From Vicugna vicugna (lineage: Eukaryota), in NCBI GenBank assembly GCA_013265495.1, contig MU057560.1:1624753-1688752 (forward strand): 64,000 nucleotides of DNA, given 5' to 3'. A model generated the notes under the pieces. The model was not told the origin of the DNA and made no database searches. It saw nothing but the letters and a program-made list of their open reading frames with translations. Position numbers and translations under genes: made by a program. Positions 37,574-49,029 of the stretch are shown piece after piece. Every line of letters begins with the position of its first letter. Position 1 is the first letter of the stretch.

Positions 37574-39467
37574 ATGCGTGGGGAGCTACCATCTTTAAAT
37601 GTTGTAATAACTCCACACAGTCTGTCACGCAGAGCCAAGCTCCTCCCGTGGCAGGTGAGGCATGCAAACACAGGTAAGGCCAGGTGAAGACGCAGAAAGA
37701 CAGACTGTCCACGACACGGCCCTGGTCCCCCTCCAGCCGCACCGGATGGCGCTCCGGGGGCTGAACTGTTGAGCTCCGCGTGCAAGTGTCATTACTTGAC
37801 ACATTTGTCTTTGCTCGCCTGCTTTCCCTGCCTTAACCGTCTTTCCTTACCACTCGTTTTCCCTGCTTAACTCCTACTCAGTCTTAAAAACTCTAGCACC
37901 TGTAGTCTGAGAAAGTGAGCGCATCTCTTTTACTCCGCCAGGCTGTGCGACGCGACCCTCTCCGCTGGCTCCACACAGCCAAGCGCACATATAAAAGCTT
38001 AGAACACTGTCCTCCCACGGAGATAAATTCAAGCCAGGAGAACCTGTCCAGAGCAGCTGTCCAGTGAGCACGGAGCCCTCCCATTTACCTCTGTGTCTCC
38101 GCTCCGTCCGAACGGTCGCCAGATCACTCGCTGCCGCTTCCATGACTCAGCCGGTTTCTCACCATCATGTCAACTTCCACTGAGCTGAAGACTTAAATGC
38201 CATGTGTGCAAATTGTCATCTTGGTGATGCCTTTTATATAAAAGCGCTTAGAAGACATACTGCCATTCAATGAAACTCAGCCATCATTATATAAACCTGA
38301 GGAAGTCTGGGCGAAAAAAGTTTGTGACTAAATAAATAATTCAGTGCTTCCTTATTAACAATGAAAGATATGGAAATTTAAAAAGTAATCTTGCACTTCC
38401 CAAGCCAGACTGAGACAGCGATGTGTGGATGTGTGTATTCAAGTGTGTGCATATATATATGAATGTCTTTATACGATGTTAATTAATTTTATTCTTTTCC
38501 AATCTGGGTGGGAAAGATGAAATTTCATTATTCTCTGAAGATAACACCGCACGGGGGAGAGCGATCTGGAATCTCCGTTTGTACAAGGCAATGCTTTTCC
38601 TCGTCAGGTCAGGACGCTGACAGGCACGTCTCTTGCTGGATGACCCTGAGCAGGGCTCCGCCTGTCAGTCAGAAGCGTTTGCATTCCCATATATGCAGAG
38701 GATTTCTTTCTACTTCTTATGTTATTTTTACGTCCCTCTGAGCTTTTCCATAGCCTCTAGACAGATTTCTGAAAAATGAAAAAAAATGTTAAAGGGAAAA
38801 ATCACAGGCCCCCATAGTGATTTTACTTTTCCTACAATTAAAAATAAAGGACCCTGAGAGATACAGGTAAAAGTCAACAGATAAATTACAATAATTTTTT
38901 TATGAAAATCAGATAATCCAAGACAAAATCATTTGTCCTTTTTCAGTCCTACCTGTTTTAGTACTAAATGGAATGCTAAGCATGATTGACAAGCTTACGT
39001 GCCTAATTCACAGATGCCAGAAAATATTTTAGAATTCAAAGTTCTCCACAGAAAATAGCTTTTGTCATCGACACCGGCATGAACGCCTTTAGGAAGTCGG
39101 ACGCGCGTGGGGCTGCTGAGCTGGCTGGGCTCAGGGCAGCTGGGGGGAGGGGGCCTGGAGGACGGGGCCCTCCATCCAGCCCGGAGGCGAAGAACACGGG
39201 CCTGGGACGCGACCAGAAGCGCCCCCCATCCTTGTCCCTCAGGTGATACGGCTTCCGTTTAATTTGCTCACATCTTAGGATTTTACGTTACTTGACTGCC
39301 TTTACTTCTATATTTTCAAAGATTAATCGCTTTACGATTTAACTTCATTCCTCATTCTATGTAGCTACTCTGCCTTCCAAATTCTAATTGTGTTTATTTG
39401 GTTTTCACGCGGAATCCTCTAGATCTCTCACACTGAGTGTCCTTAATCTTTTGTATACGTTCCTTCA

Positions 39468-39534
39468 TCTTTTAAAATCTTGTATGTCTTTTAAAATCTT
39501 ACATGTCTTTTAAAATCTTATATGTCTTTTAAAA
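39468..39534. repeat. 19-bp AT-rich tandem repeat, about 3.5 copies
   Basis: Unit TCTTTTAAAATCTT(G/A)(T/C)ATG. Confidence 0.9.
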
Positions 39535-39918
39535 GTCTGTTGAAATTATTTCCACTTAGTCTAATTTTTACCCTCTATCATTAATCTTACCTTCCCAGGT
39601 TTTTATCATCTATTTTTAGCACTGCCTAACATCCATTTTTAAACATTTTATTAACTTAAGATGATCGGTTTAATATTCTTATTTCATTTCATTCTCTTCT
39701 TCTTGATTTTTATTATCTATTTCTTATTACCTGGAATTACTCATTGATAGTAGGCAATCATGGGAAGAAGTCCTTGATCTGTGGGTAACCTCCCCAGCCA
39801 CACCCCAACATCATCTCCGACATCTCTCCCATCCTTTATAATGCAGCATCCACTTCCCTGTTCACTCAGAAAAATGCTCTTCTCTAAAGTGAGGACATGA
39901 TTTACCACAGAAGTACAC

Positions 39919-40110
39919 TTTTTTCAGTTGAAGTACAGTCAGTTACAACGTGTCAATGCCTGGTGCGCAGCATGTTTCAGTCACACGTATACATACATGT
40001 ATTCATTTTCATATTATTTTTCATTACAGGTGACTACAGGATATTGAATATCGTTCCCTGTGCTGCACAGTAGAAACTTGTTGTTTATCTATTTTATATA
40101 CAGTAGCTAG
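39919..40110 (-). mobile_element. L1 3'-end fragment
   Basis: ttttttcagttgaagtacagtcagttacaacgtgtc...gatattgaatatcgttccctgtgctgcacagtagaaacttgttgtttatctattttatata. Confidence 0.9.
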
Positions 40111-40169
40111 AAAAGTAGTTCGATCATTGCAACGTTCTTACTTATCTTTTACAATCCAGCATAAATACT

Positions 40170-40390
40170 GCCTCCTCTATGGAGCCTTCTCTGACTGCAT
40201 TAACATCCTTCCTCTAATCTCTGTTCTCCAGATGTGTCTCCTGTTTCCTACATCACCTTGTAAGTGACTGACTGTCTCATATCTCTGTCTCTCCTGCTAC
40301 TGTGCACACCCCTTAAGGGCAGGGAACTGCCTTATTCACCATTACATTTCCTAACACATGACCGAGATTTAATACTTTTTGATTGGTGGA
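40170..40390. mobile_element. L2 relic
   Basis: ggagccttctctgac...ctgtctctcctgctactgtgcacacc...aagggcagggaactgccttattcacc. Confidence 0.5.
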
Positions 40391-41231
40391 AAATTTGAGG
40401 CAAGTTTCAATTCAGTAATAGAATCTTAATGAGAGATTTCTGATATAGGAACATGTTTCCTTGAGATGGAGTGTGAGGCTGGTGACTACAGATGCCCAGG
40501 CATAAACTGGACGCCCCGCGTGGTGGGTGGGAACTCAGACTGGATGACCCCGGAGGTCTCCACGCTCACTGGATGACTGCTCTGGACAGGTTCCCCTGGC
40601 TTTAACCACGAAGTCCATACCATTGACTAGATTTAGGTCCACTCACCACCCTCTGGAAACACACTCTAATATATCTGACACGGACGTTAAGATATTCACT
40701 TACCTGTCCTGAGAGTTTTAAATCCCTGTCACTCTCTGTGGTACCATGGGAGGTAGGAATCCAATGTCATTTAACTTCTCGTTAGTGAGAGGTAAAGGGG
40801 TCATTGTTCAGGAGAAACTCATTCAGGGGAGTTTGTCATCTTCTGTTGTGTGTCAGATATCCTGGGAGAAGCCTGAGGTGGTGGAACAGGCGAACCGCCC
40901 ATAGTTGACCACGGCCCCGGGCACGGCCCAGCTCCTGCGACACAGCATATGGATCCCACAGCCAGCGGCCACCAGGATGGAGCCCTGTGCCCTGCCCCTG
41001 TGCACAGAGGCAGTGGGGGCCGTGCACCTCCTACCACTTCTGCTCTGTGGGGTCTCCCCCAACAATGCTGTTCCTGCCCCAGTGAACATGCTGTCAGGTA
41101 GCACGTCCTCATTTTCCTGACGCACGTAGAACACTGGTTTTTCCAGGACCTCTTAGTCTATTGAAAGGGCAGCCTTTCTCCACGGCTGTGCAGTGCAGCC
41201 TCTGCCGATATACTGCGTACACACTGGTCTG

Positions 41232-41662
41232 TGTTGTGGGCTGAACTGTGTCTCCTGAAAAGATACGTTCAAATCTGACCCCCGAGAGCTGTGAATGTGA
41301 CCTTGTTTGGACATAGGACCTTGGCAGATGTGATCAAATTGAGATGAGATCACACTGAATTCGGGTGGACCCTAATCCAACGACTCGTGTCCTTATCAGA
41401 AGAGGGAAGTTAGACACAGAGACCACAGGGAGGAAGGCCGCGTGCCCGTGCAGGCAGGGGCTGGGTTCATGCATCTAAGCCCAGGGAGGGTGAGGACTTC
41501 CAGCGAACAGCAGAAGCCAGGGGAGGCAAGGCGAATTCTTCCCAGCCCTGCAGGCACCCCGGCTTTGGACTTCCAGCTCCGGGAGCCGTGAGAGAACATG
41601 TTTCTGTTGCTGTAAGCCACCCAGCGCGTGGTTCTTCATCACCACAGTCCCAGAACTAGGAC
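41232..41662 (+). mobile_element. MaLR solo LTR (MLT1B/C-like)
   Basis: tgttgtgggctgaactgtgtctcc...gaatgtgaccttgtttggacatagg...gggtggaccctaatccaacgact...tttggacttccagctccggg...tttctgttgctgtaagccaccca. Confidence 0.9.
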
Positions 41663-41699
41663 CGTCTGATTCTGGGCTCTTTATTCTTTCACCCCTTTA

Positions 41700-42620
41700 T
41701 GTGTTTATTCCTATAATAATACAACACTTGCTTAGTTGCTATGGACGTGTAATAAATCGCGCCACCTGGAAGGGCAAACTCTCCACCTGTAATTCTTCAA
41801 AAGGCCCCAGCTGCCCCCAGCCTTCTGCTTTTCCCTGTGATCTTAGCGTCAGTTTATACGCGTCTGTGAAAAACTTGCTATAGATGTTGATTGGAACTTG
41901 GTGGAATTGGAAGACTAATTTGGGAAGTGTTAGTAAATTGAAGATCGAGTGTTTTTCAGCCATGAAAGTGAGGTGACTCTCCATTTGTTCAAATATTCAG
42001 GAAGGGTTTATAATTTTCTCTATAAAGACTTTGCGCGTATTCAGTAGATTCATTCCTGGGGCCCTGTGAGCGCTGTGGGCGCTGTGAGTGGAGGCCTCGT
42101 GATCACGGCTGTTCTGGTGTGACTTCTGCGCGTTGATTTCGTTCCCAGGAGATGCGCCAGCTTCCCTGGCGGCTGCAGGTCGGTGGGTTCCTTTGGATTT
42201 GTCCACAGACCATCTCTCACCTGCATGTAAGACATCTTAGTCTCGCCAGGTCTAGTGGTTCTGCTTTTTTTCTTTTCTTTAAACTTTGGCAGAAGGAGTG
42301 CTAATGGGCGTGCTTATAACATCTCTGACTTCGATGGGATGGATCTAAGTTGCTGCCATGAACATTGAAACTGCATACAGGTCTTCTAAAAGATGAACAC
42401 ATATTATCTGTTAGAAAAGTTTCTTTCTCTTAAGAGCTTGCTAAGAGCTTTTTCGAAAAATAATGAACATGTAGAACTTTTTCAAGTAATGTTTCCATCA
42501 ATATCATACCACTGTTTGCCTTTCTGTGGTCATCATGGTGGATGAACATTAACATTTGTCCATGTTAGTAAGTGGACAAATCCATAATGTCAGGCCATCC
42601 TGCAATTCCTGGGAAAATGT
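41700..42620 (-). mobile_element. Ancient L1 ORF2 relic
   Basis: gatgttgattggaacttggtggaattggaagactaatttgggaag...ccatgaaagtgaggtgactctccatttg matches antisense L1M ORF2. Confidence 0.65.
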
Positions 42621-43779
42621 GTAAGTAAACGCTTCCTCTGTGGGCACAATTTTGCAACCACTCAGGAAGGCGGATTCCCTCTTCCAGGGCACCCTCGAGT
42701 CCGGCACCTTCTCATCTCTAACTCCTCCAGGAAGAGGGCCGCTAAGAAACAAGGAAACAAATATCTAAAGCAGCATCTGCTTTGCGACATCAGAAAGTAT
42801 CTGTCTCACTCCTGAGACCCGTGCACGTGTCATACGCCCCTAGTAGGGAAAACTACCCTTAACATTGTATTGCTGCTCTGTGTGAAATATAAGGGGAAGC
42901 ACACACATGTCTTCCTGAGGCATCAGTAAGGCAGGTGTGTGCGTCCCTTCCCCACAAAGGACCCAGTAGAGCTGTTTATGACTGAGTTTCCCTCAAAACC
43001 GTAAAAGGTATATCTGCGTCACTTGAGATGACAAATTTATCCCATTAAAATGATCTTTTGACCTCGTGTGGTCTTAGGAAATGATGTATATTTTTACTAT
43101 ATTAAAGAAAATTAAATCAAGTCCACCAGCATCTGCAGAGCACCTGCCCTGTGTGAAAGACGTGATAAAGGAAAAGGCTTCCTCCCTGAGGCGCTGAGAA
43201 GGTTAAGACAAGAAAAGATTTTTTTTAAGTTTATTTTTAAATGATAAAACCATAGCTAACTTACACCAGGTACTCAGAACTGTACGAATTCACCGAAGAA
43301 AAATACAGTTTTTACCCAAGGATGACAAGAAGAAAGAAGAGCTTCAGGAGAGCAGGAAGGTGTAGGAATGGATGAGCAGGAGAAGCTTCTGGAAGGAAAA
43401 GCAAGAATCGGCCAGGATGTGTCAGGAGACCAAGGAGACTCAGTGACGGCTCCCTGACGCCCCAGATGCTCACTCTGTGCTTTGCACCTGCACCGCTGCG
43501 TGCACTTCTAGCAAGGCCCTTCCCTGGTGCGCAGCGCGGGCGTTCATTCTCAGGTTCTTTCTCCCAAGGCCTTCCTCCGCGCACGGATTCCGGCATCGAA
43601 ACTGGTACTCAGTGGGCTCTCAAAAACTATCTAATGGAACAGTAAAAGAATAAATGAGCTGCTATATTTTAAAAGAGAGTTTTCATATTGAAACCAGCTT
43701 TGGAAGGATTTGCCTGGCTGTTCGCAGACCTAGGACAAAAGGGAAACCCAGAAATGGAAACACGAGCTAGAAACCTCAC

Positions 43780-44730
43780 ATAGATGTGGGCTGAGCCTCG
43801 GGCGAGGCTGCGGCCAGGAGGCTGGAGGAGGAGCTGCTGCAGAGGGAGCCTGTGCTCGGGACTGAGCGCAGGGAGACGGCAGGCGGGCGCAGGGGCGGGA
43901 GGCGGCCGGGCGGGACGCCTGCTGCCCACCGGCCGCGGGACTGTGTCTTCGCTGCATGACAGGGGGTCGCAGCTTCGCCCTGAAGCAACACGGCTGTTTT
44001 CTCACCGCTTCAGAAGGTCAGAGGTCCAGGTCCGAGCGAGCGGCAGAGCTGAGCTCTCCGCGGGGCCTACCAGGCGGTGACCATTTTACAAGAAAAAGGA
44101 AGCACCGTCTGTGTTTGCCTGCTCAGGCGGGAGGCAGAGAGGGCCGCCCACCAGGGGGCCTGAGGAGTGGGCCTGAGACAGGCGTCGTCCCCCTCCCCAG
44201 CCTCGTCCTCACTCCAGCCCTGCGGCCTCCACCCCCACGCAGCCAGCGCCAGCGACACACCGTTGATCGTGCAGCTCCTCCGTGGTGCCGGGAAAGCGTC
44301 AGCATCCCTGCAGACGGCCGCCGCCGCTCAGGACCCCTTCCCGGCTCAGCCCCAGCCTCCCCTCAGAGGGCAGCCTCCTGTGCCCCACGTCCAGCGGCCC
44401 CCGCCGCCTCCCGCCTGCACCGCGGCCCCCACCGCCTGCTGCTGCCGTGACCGCTGCCACGTCTGGTCTCCAGGCGGCCCCGGGGACCAGCCTCCAAACC
44501 TGAGCTGCGCCACACTCTCCCGGGCTCGCCGGCTTCCCTCCTGCAGCCGTGCAGGCCTTTCTGCTCCCAGACTGAGGACCCAGCGCTCGCCGATGCCCCC
44601 ACCCCGATCTCCACCAGGACCACAGGCACCCCCCCTCGGGTCTGTGCTCACAAGGCAGCTTCCTGACGGGGGTCTGACCAGACACCCCCTTTGACAACTG
44701 CCGCAATCCCCGCACCCGGCTCCGCTTTCC
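43780..44730. promoter_or_regulatory. CpG island / probable alternative promoter of the minus-strand host gene
   Basis: About 950 bp of CpG-dense, non-repeat DNA with GC boxes (GGGGCGGG ~43892). Minus-strand donor CACATCTAT|GTGAGG at 43780/43779, and a second donor ACTGA|GTAAGT at 44758/44757. Confidence 0.65.
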
Positions 44731-47558
44731 ACCCACAACCTTAGAAAGCATACTTACTCAGTATACGTATATCCACTGTTTACGGTCCTCTCCTTCCCGT
44801 CCCCTTTCTCCAGAAAACACAGATTTGGGGAAGGCGGGAGGGAGCTGTCTCTGCTTCCCCGGTGAATCCCAGGTGCCCCGGACTGCGTCAGGCCTGCAGC
44901 CGGCACACAGTAAGTGTTTGTTGAGTAAGTCAGGGAAAGTGCTTTGCGTGAATGAACCCGTTTGGGTCTCAAAGGAGCCTAGTGAATTAGGTGCTGGCAG
45001 AGTGCACATTTCACAGTGCAAGTAACAGACACACCAACCTAGACACGTTTAGTGTGTCCCCACCAGGAGCACACGGCTACGGAGAGACGACGCAGGAATT
45101 CGGAACCGAGCCCTGGACCCCAGCGCTCAGAAGGACTTCCCGCACGGACAGGCTCTCTGAGGCCTTGTCAATGGCGCAGAAGCTCACAGCAGGCCGGGAT
45201 GCAGGCGCCCTCCTTTCTAACTTCAGTGACGCACACGTAGCAAAGCATCAGGCTCTTGGTACCAGTCAGCACTCACTGAACCAAGCCGGTGAGCCAGCCC
45301 GTGGGACGGACACAGAAGCTGGCCATGGAGCGGTGCCAGCCAGCCGCCGCCCTGCCCTGTGAGACAGCCAGCCACGCGCCTCCTTCACACGTTAGCAGGT
45401 TCACAGCCAGCCAGACAACTGGCCAGACGCAGAGGGACTGAGATCACAGCAGCACAGGAAACCTGGTTATGGCTTTAAAAAAGAAATAAGAGAACTATCA
45501 CGATGGACCTAATAAATGAGCCAAAACACATAGCACCGTGCTGTTGAATGGAACATAAACAAGCAAAAAAGACAGTTCTCCTCTTTCTGAATTACCCTGG
45601 TTGTGTCCTGTGTAAACATAGAAGTGCTCACAGCAATTTAATTGGAAGACGGTGAGGCACCGGGGTCACATCCTTCCGCGGATCCCACGGCACAGATAGG
45701 AAACACGAAACACGCTCAAGCTGGAGGCACTTTCCAGAGCTCCCTGGGAACATGCATGTTGTTCCTGTTAAAAAGAGGAAGTTTTGTTATTACCCAAATA
45801 AAGTTAATTTATGGAAAACAGATGAAGTATCCGGTGTGGGTTTGTAAAGCTCGTATTTAATCAGGGCATTCTAAGTTCAGGTGTGTGCAACTCAAGCCAT
45901 TGCAAAGACATCGTTCACTTTCCCGCAGGTGATAGTACGGCCAATTGTTACGCACAAACATTAAGCCATCCTTTAACAAGGAATTGTGAAACATTAATAT
46001 TTACTAATTTCAACATTTCATCTCTTTAAAGCGAGAAAAGGGGGGTTGCATAAACTCCCAAACGCTTCCAGCAATAAAAGCATTCCAAGCTCACCAACAA
46101 GAGCATGCGGCTAGAAATCGCTCTCTCAAGCTCTTTTGCCAACCAGACAAAACAGCTCCTGCCTGACACACAGGGCTGGTGATCTTCAGAGACCCTGGGT
46201 GACCCTTCTTCTCCTCCAGTAAAGCCAGCTGGAATCCAGCAGTGATCCTGGAGCCACACACCAGAGTCCCTGGAAGTTCTCAGCGCTCTGACTTCTGGAC
46301 CCCACGTTCCCAGCTTTCTCAAGCATCCAGGTACCTTCGAAGCATCAAAAATTGTCACACGCTCCACATAATAATGCCTACATTACCAGCATCTATTGAT
46401 TGAGAAAATAAATGATGGCAAATACTTGTTAAGAATCAAGTACTAAATTTGCATGGTTTTATGGTTTTTAATCACAATAATAACCATGTACATTAAAAAA
46501 AATTAAAAGGCAGCATTGCAAGACTGTGTTCCTCCTATAGGCAGCGTCTACTGCACAAGCAGATCCCTCAGGTTCCCACAGGGGCTCACTGCTCACCAAC
46601 ACCCCACCCAGAGAAACCCCAAGTCTGTGGGGGGACTCGCATCGCAGGAAGGAAATTGGAGACTGGAGAACCTCGGGACGTCAGGAGACCTTCTTACCCT
46701 CACGTCTGTCAGCATTTTCTAGCAGCATCTCCACTGTACGAACAGGGCTAAATGTCTCCTGTATCTGGGAAGCAAACTGCAGATACATCTACACCAGCAG
46801 AATTTCTTTGTCCCCTTTGTGGACACGCCTGAGCCAAAAGGAAGGATTAACAGTGAGCGGTCTGGCCGCGTTGGAAGGCTCACAGGAGACCTTCAGTCAC
46901 CGCGGGCACTAGGTTCTCCCACACAGAGAAGAGCGGTCTCCCATCGGCGTTCTTCCCCTCAAGCCCGTTACTTGTAGGAAAGGGGACAAGTGAGGCGCAG
47001 GGGCCACTGAGGCCTTATTTCCTCATGACCTCACGAAAGGTCAAGGGAGCTGGTGGCGATCAGTAGCAGGCCTTTCTTAGGTTAAAAAAAAAGACTCTTA
47101 GAAATAAAGTGTAGGGGGGAAAATATTTTAAACATTTAATTCTATAGTAAAATGTAAAAAAACAAGCTATTTTCCAGGGATTCCCTGAACTGCATTTCCT
47201 CATGAGAGGCAACTCTGGGTAGTGACCACCGTGACGGTCATTATGGATCTAAAACCACAGCTGTGAACTCAGTGTCTTCATCAGTCACCACCCAGAGCTA
47301 TTCCTGAGCTTAGGGCATACATGCCGGTATCAGAAAAGAGGAGGGAAAAACAGAAAAACATTGCAGGCTTCCTAAGGCAGCTTCACTCGAAAGACCGTAA
47401 CTAAGATAGTTCGATGTTGATTTGTGGGTAGAAAAACTGTTGATCTTGGCTATGTGAGTTTTTGCCGTGAAACTAAAGACAACATAAGCGTATCAAACAG
47501 AAACAGGTAACATATGATTCCACAAAATTTGTCTAGTAAACTTTTACACTATCCATAC

Positions 47559-47790
47559 CTTTCCTTTTCTTTGCCTCACCATTACTTTCCCTCAAGTCAG
47601 CTGTTTTTAGAACAAAAGACACTCAAAACCATTGTTTACAGTGTTCTGAAACACAGTGGGAAGAAAGGGTTTGCGTGTGTAAATGTGTGTGGGAGAGAGA
47701 GGGGGAAAGAGAGAGAGGAGGGGGAGAGAAGAGGAGAGGAAGGGAGGGAACGAGGGAGGGCTTCCGAGTGGAGAAAATCGAAGCCAAGAC
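47559..47790 (-). promoter_or_regulatory. Candidate alternative first exon with GA-rich tract
   Basis: Purine tract at 47691-47760 (pyrimidine tract on minus). Minus-strand donors GGAAAG|GTATGG (47559/47558) and ATG|GTGAGG (47580/47579). Confidence 0.3.
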
Positions 47791-49029
47791 AGTGTCCTTC
47801 CCAAAGGTCTTTCTAAACCTTCTTGGCTGCGCTCACAGCAGTTCTGAGCTGTCTCCAGACAATGGGGCAATTAGGCTAATGCCATCATTCTGTTGTCCCT
47901 TTTGTTCCTGAAGCCTGTTCTTTAACACGTGTCTAAATAATTTAATTTATGGATGGGATGCTGAGCAGGTTCAGTGAAATGGGGGCAGGAATGCTATGAA
48001 TCTCAATGCCTGTCACTTTCCTGTAAGTCCTTCCACGTTAATAAGAGGGATTTGCCGGTCCCTTTTTAAAGGTCCACAGAAGTCAGTAGCCTACAGCCAC
48101 TGATGATGATAGCTGGATTCGTCTGCATTAAATGCGTCCACAAATGATGTGCAAAAGCGCTGTTATTCCTGAATATCTGCAAGACAATTCTGAATAGCGT
48201 TAACTCAGCTAAAACAAAGAGGAACAGACATTTTAATTTACATCGTAATTTCACAGTGAATAAAGTTGAGCCAGCTAGAAACAATGAAAAGACCCAAAAA
48301 CTCCCATAAAGGTTAAACATGGTTTTCATCATTAGAATTTCTTCTTTAAGAGAACTGGCATTTTATAAGGCCAGCGTCCTCATCCATGCCGTAGGAAAAG
48401 CACTGGAAATAGAACATGATTTTTATTTCTAATAAAACGTATTGAACACTTATGTGAGCTAGTCATTGTGCCAGCCAGGGTGGGGGTGGGGAGGGGGCTG
48501 TGGGAAGGTTTCAACAAGGAAGGAGCTGAGAGGAGTCCAGTAAAGAGGGGAAGTTGTAAATGATAGAAAAGTGAAGTTTAAATTCAGCCACACATTAACT
48601 GTGCAGAATATCTGCCTGCTGTCAGCAAATACATATACAGTAAAATCTCAGTCAGTGCATTTACAGAATGCTTTCTGATTATATAAAGATGGATCGTAAA
48701 ATGCTCAGCTCACACTAATGAAGGAAAGATATGCATTGATCAGCTTTCCTGACCAAATCTAATTAACAGATTCATTTATATGTAATCATTGAAGACCACT
48801 GTCTTAAACAGCAAATGTTTTTATTTCAGAATATAGAAAGTGTTCGAGATTGGCTGTGTCTAGGACGGAACCCATAAGGAGTGTGTTGGAAAAAAATCCA
48901 TTTTGTCAATCGATTATGTGAGGATTTGTTGCTCTGATTTTTAAGTGTTGTGTGTTTTAAGGGAAAAAAACTGAAATGGAAGAAAGAAAATGAAACAAGA
49001 AAAGAAGAAAAAGAAAAAATCAAAAGCTG

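Larger units (their letters stand above)
1..47800 (-). other. SORBS2: 5' non-coding/intronic region of a large minus-strand host gene with alternative promoters (tentatively SORBS2)
   Basis: Consistent minus-strand splice signals: donors at 47558, 44757, 43779 and 33330, an acceptor before 4997, and a full exon at 3086-3040. A CpG island lies at 43.8-44.7 kb. The gene name comes only from my recollection that the 4997 exon text resembles a SORBS2 5'-UTR exon; no coding exon is present to confirm it. Confidence 0.4.

Noticed and set aside
43669..44751. Multiple long ORFs on both strands
   Set aside because: Typical stop-poor CpG-island frames with low-complexity P/R/G/A products.
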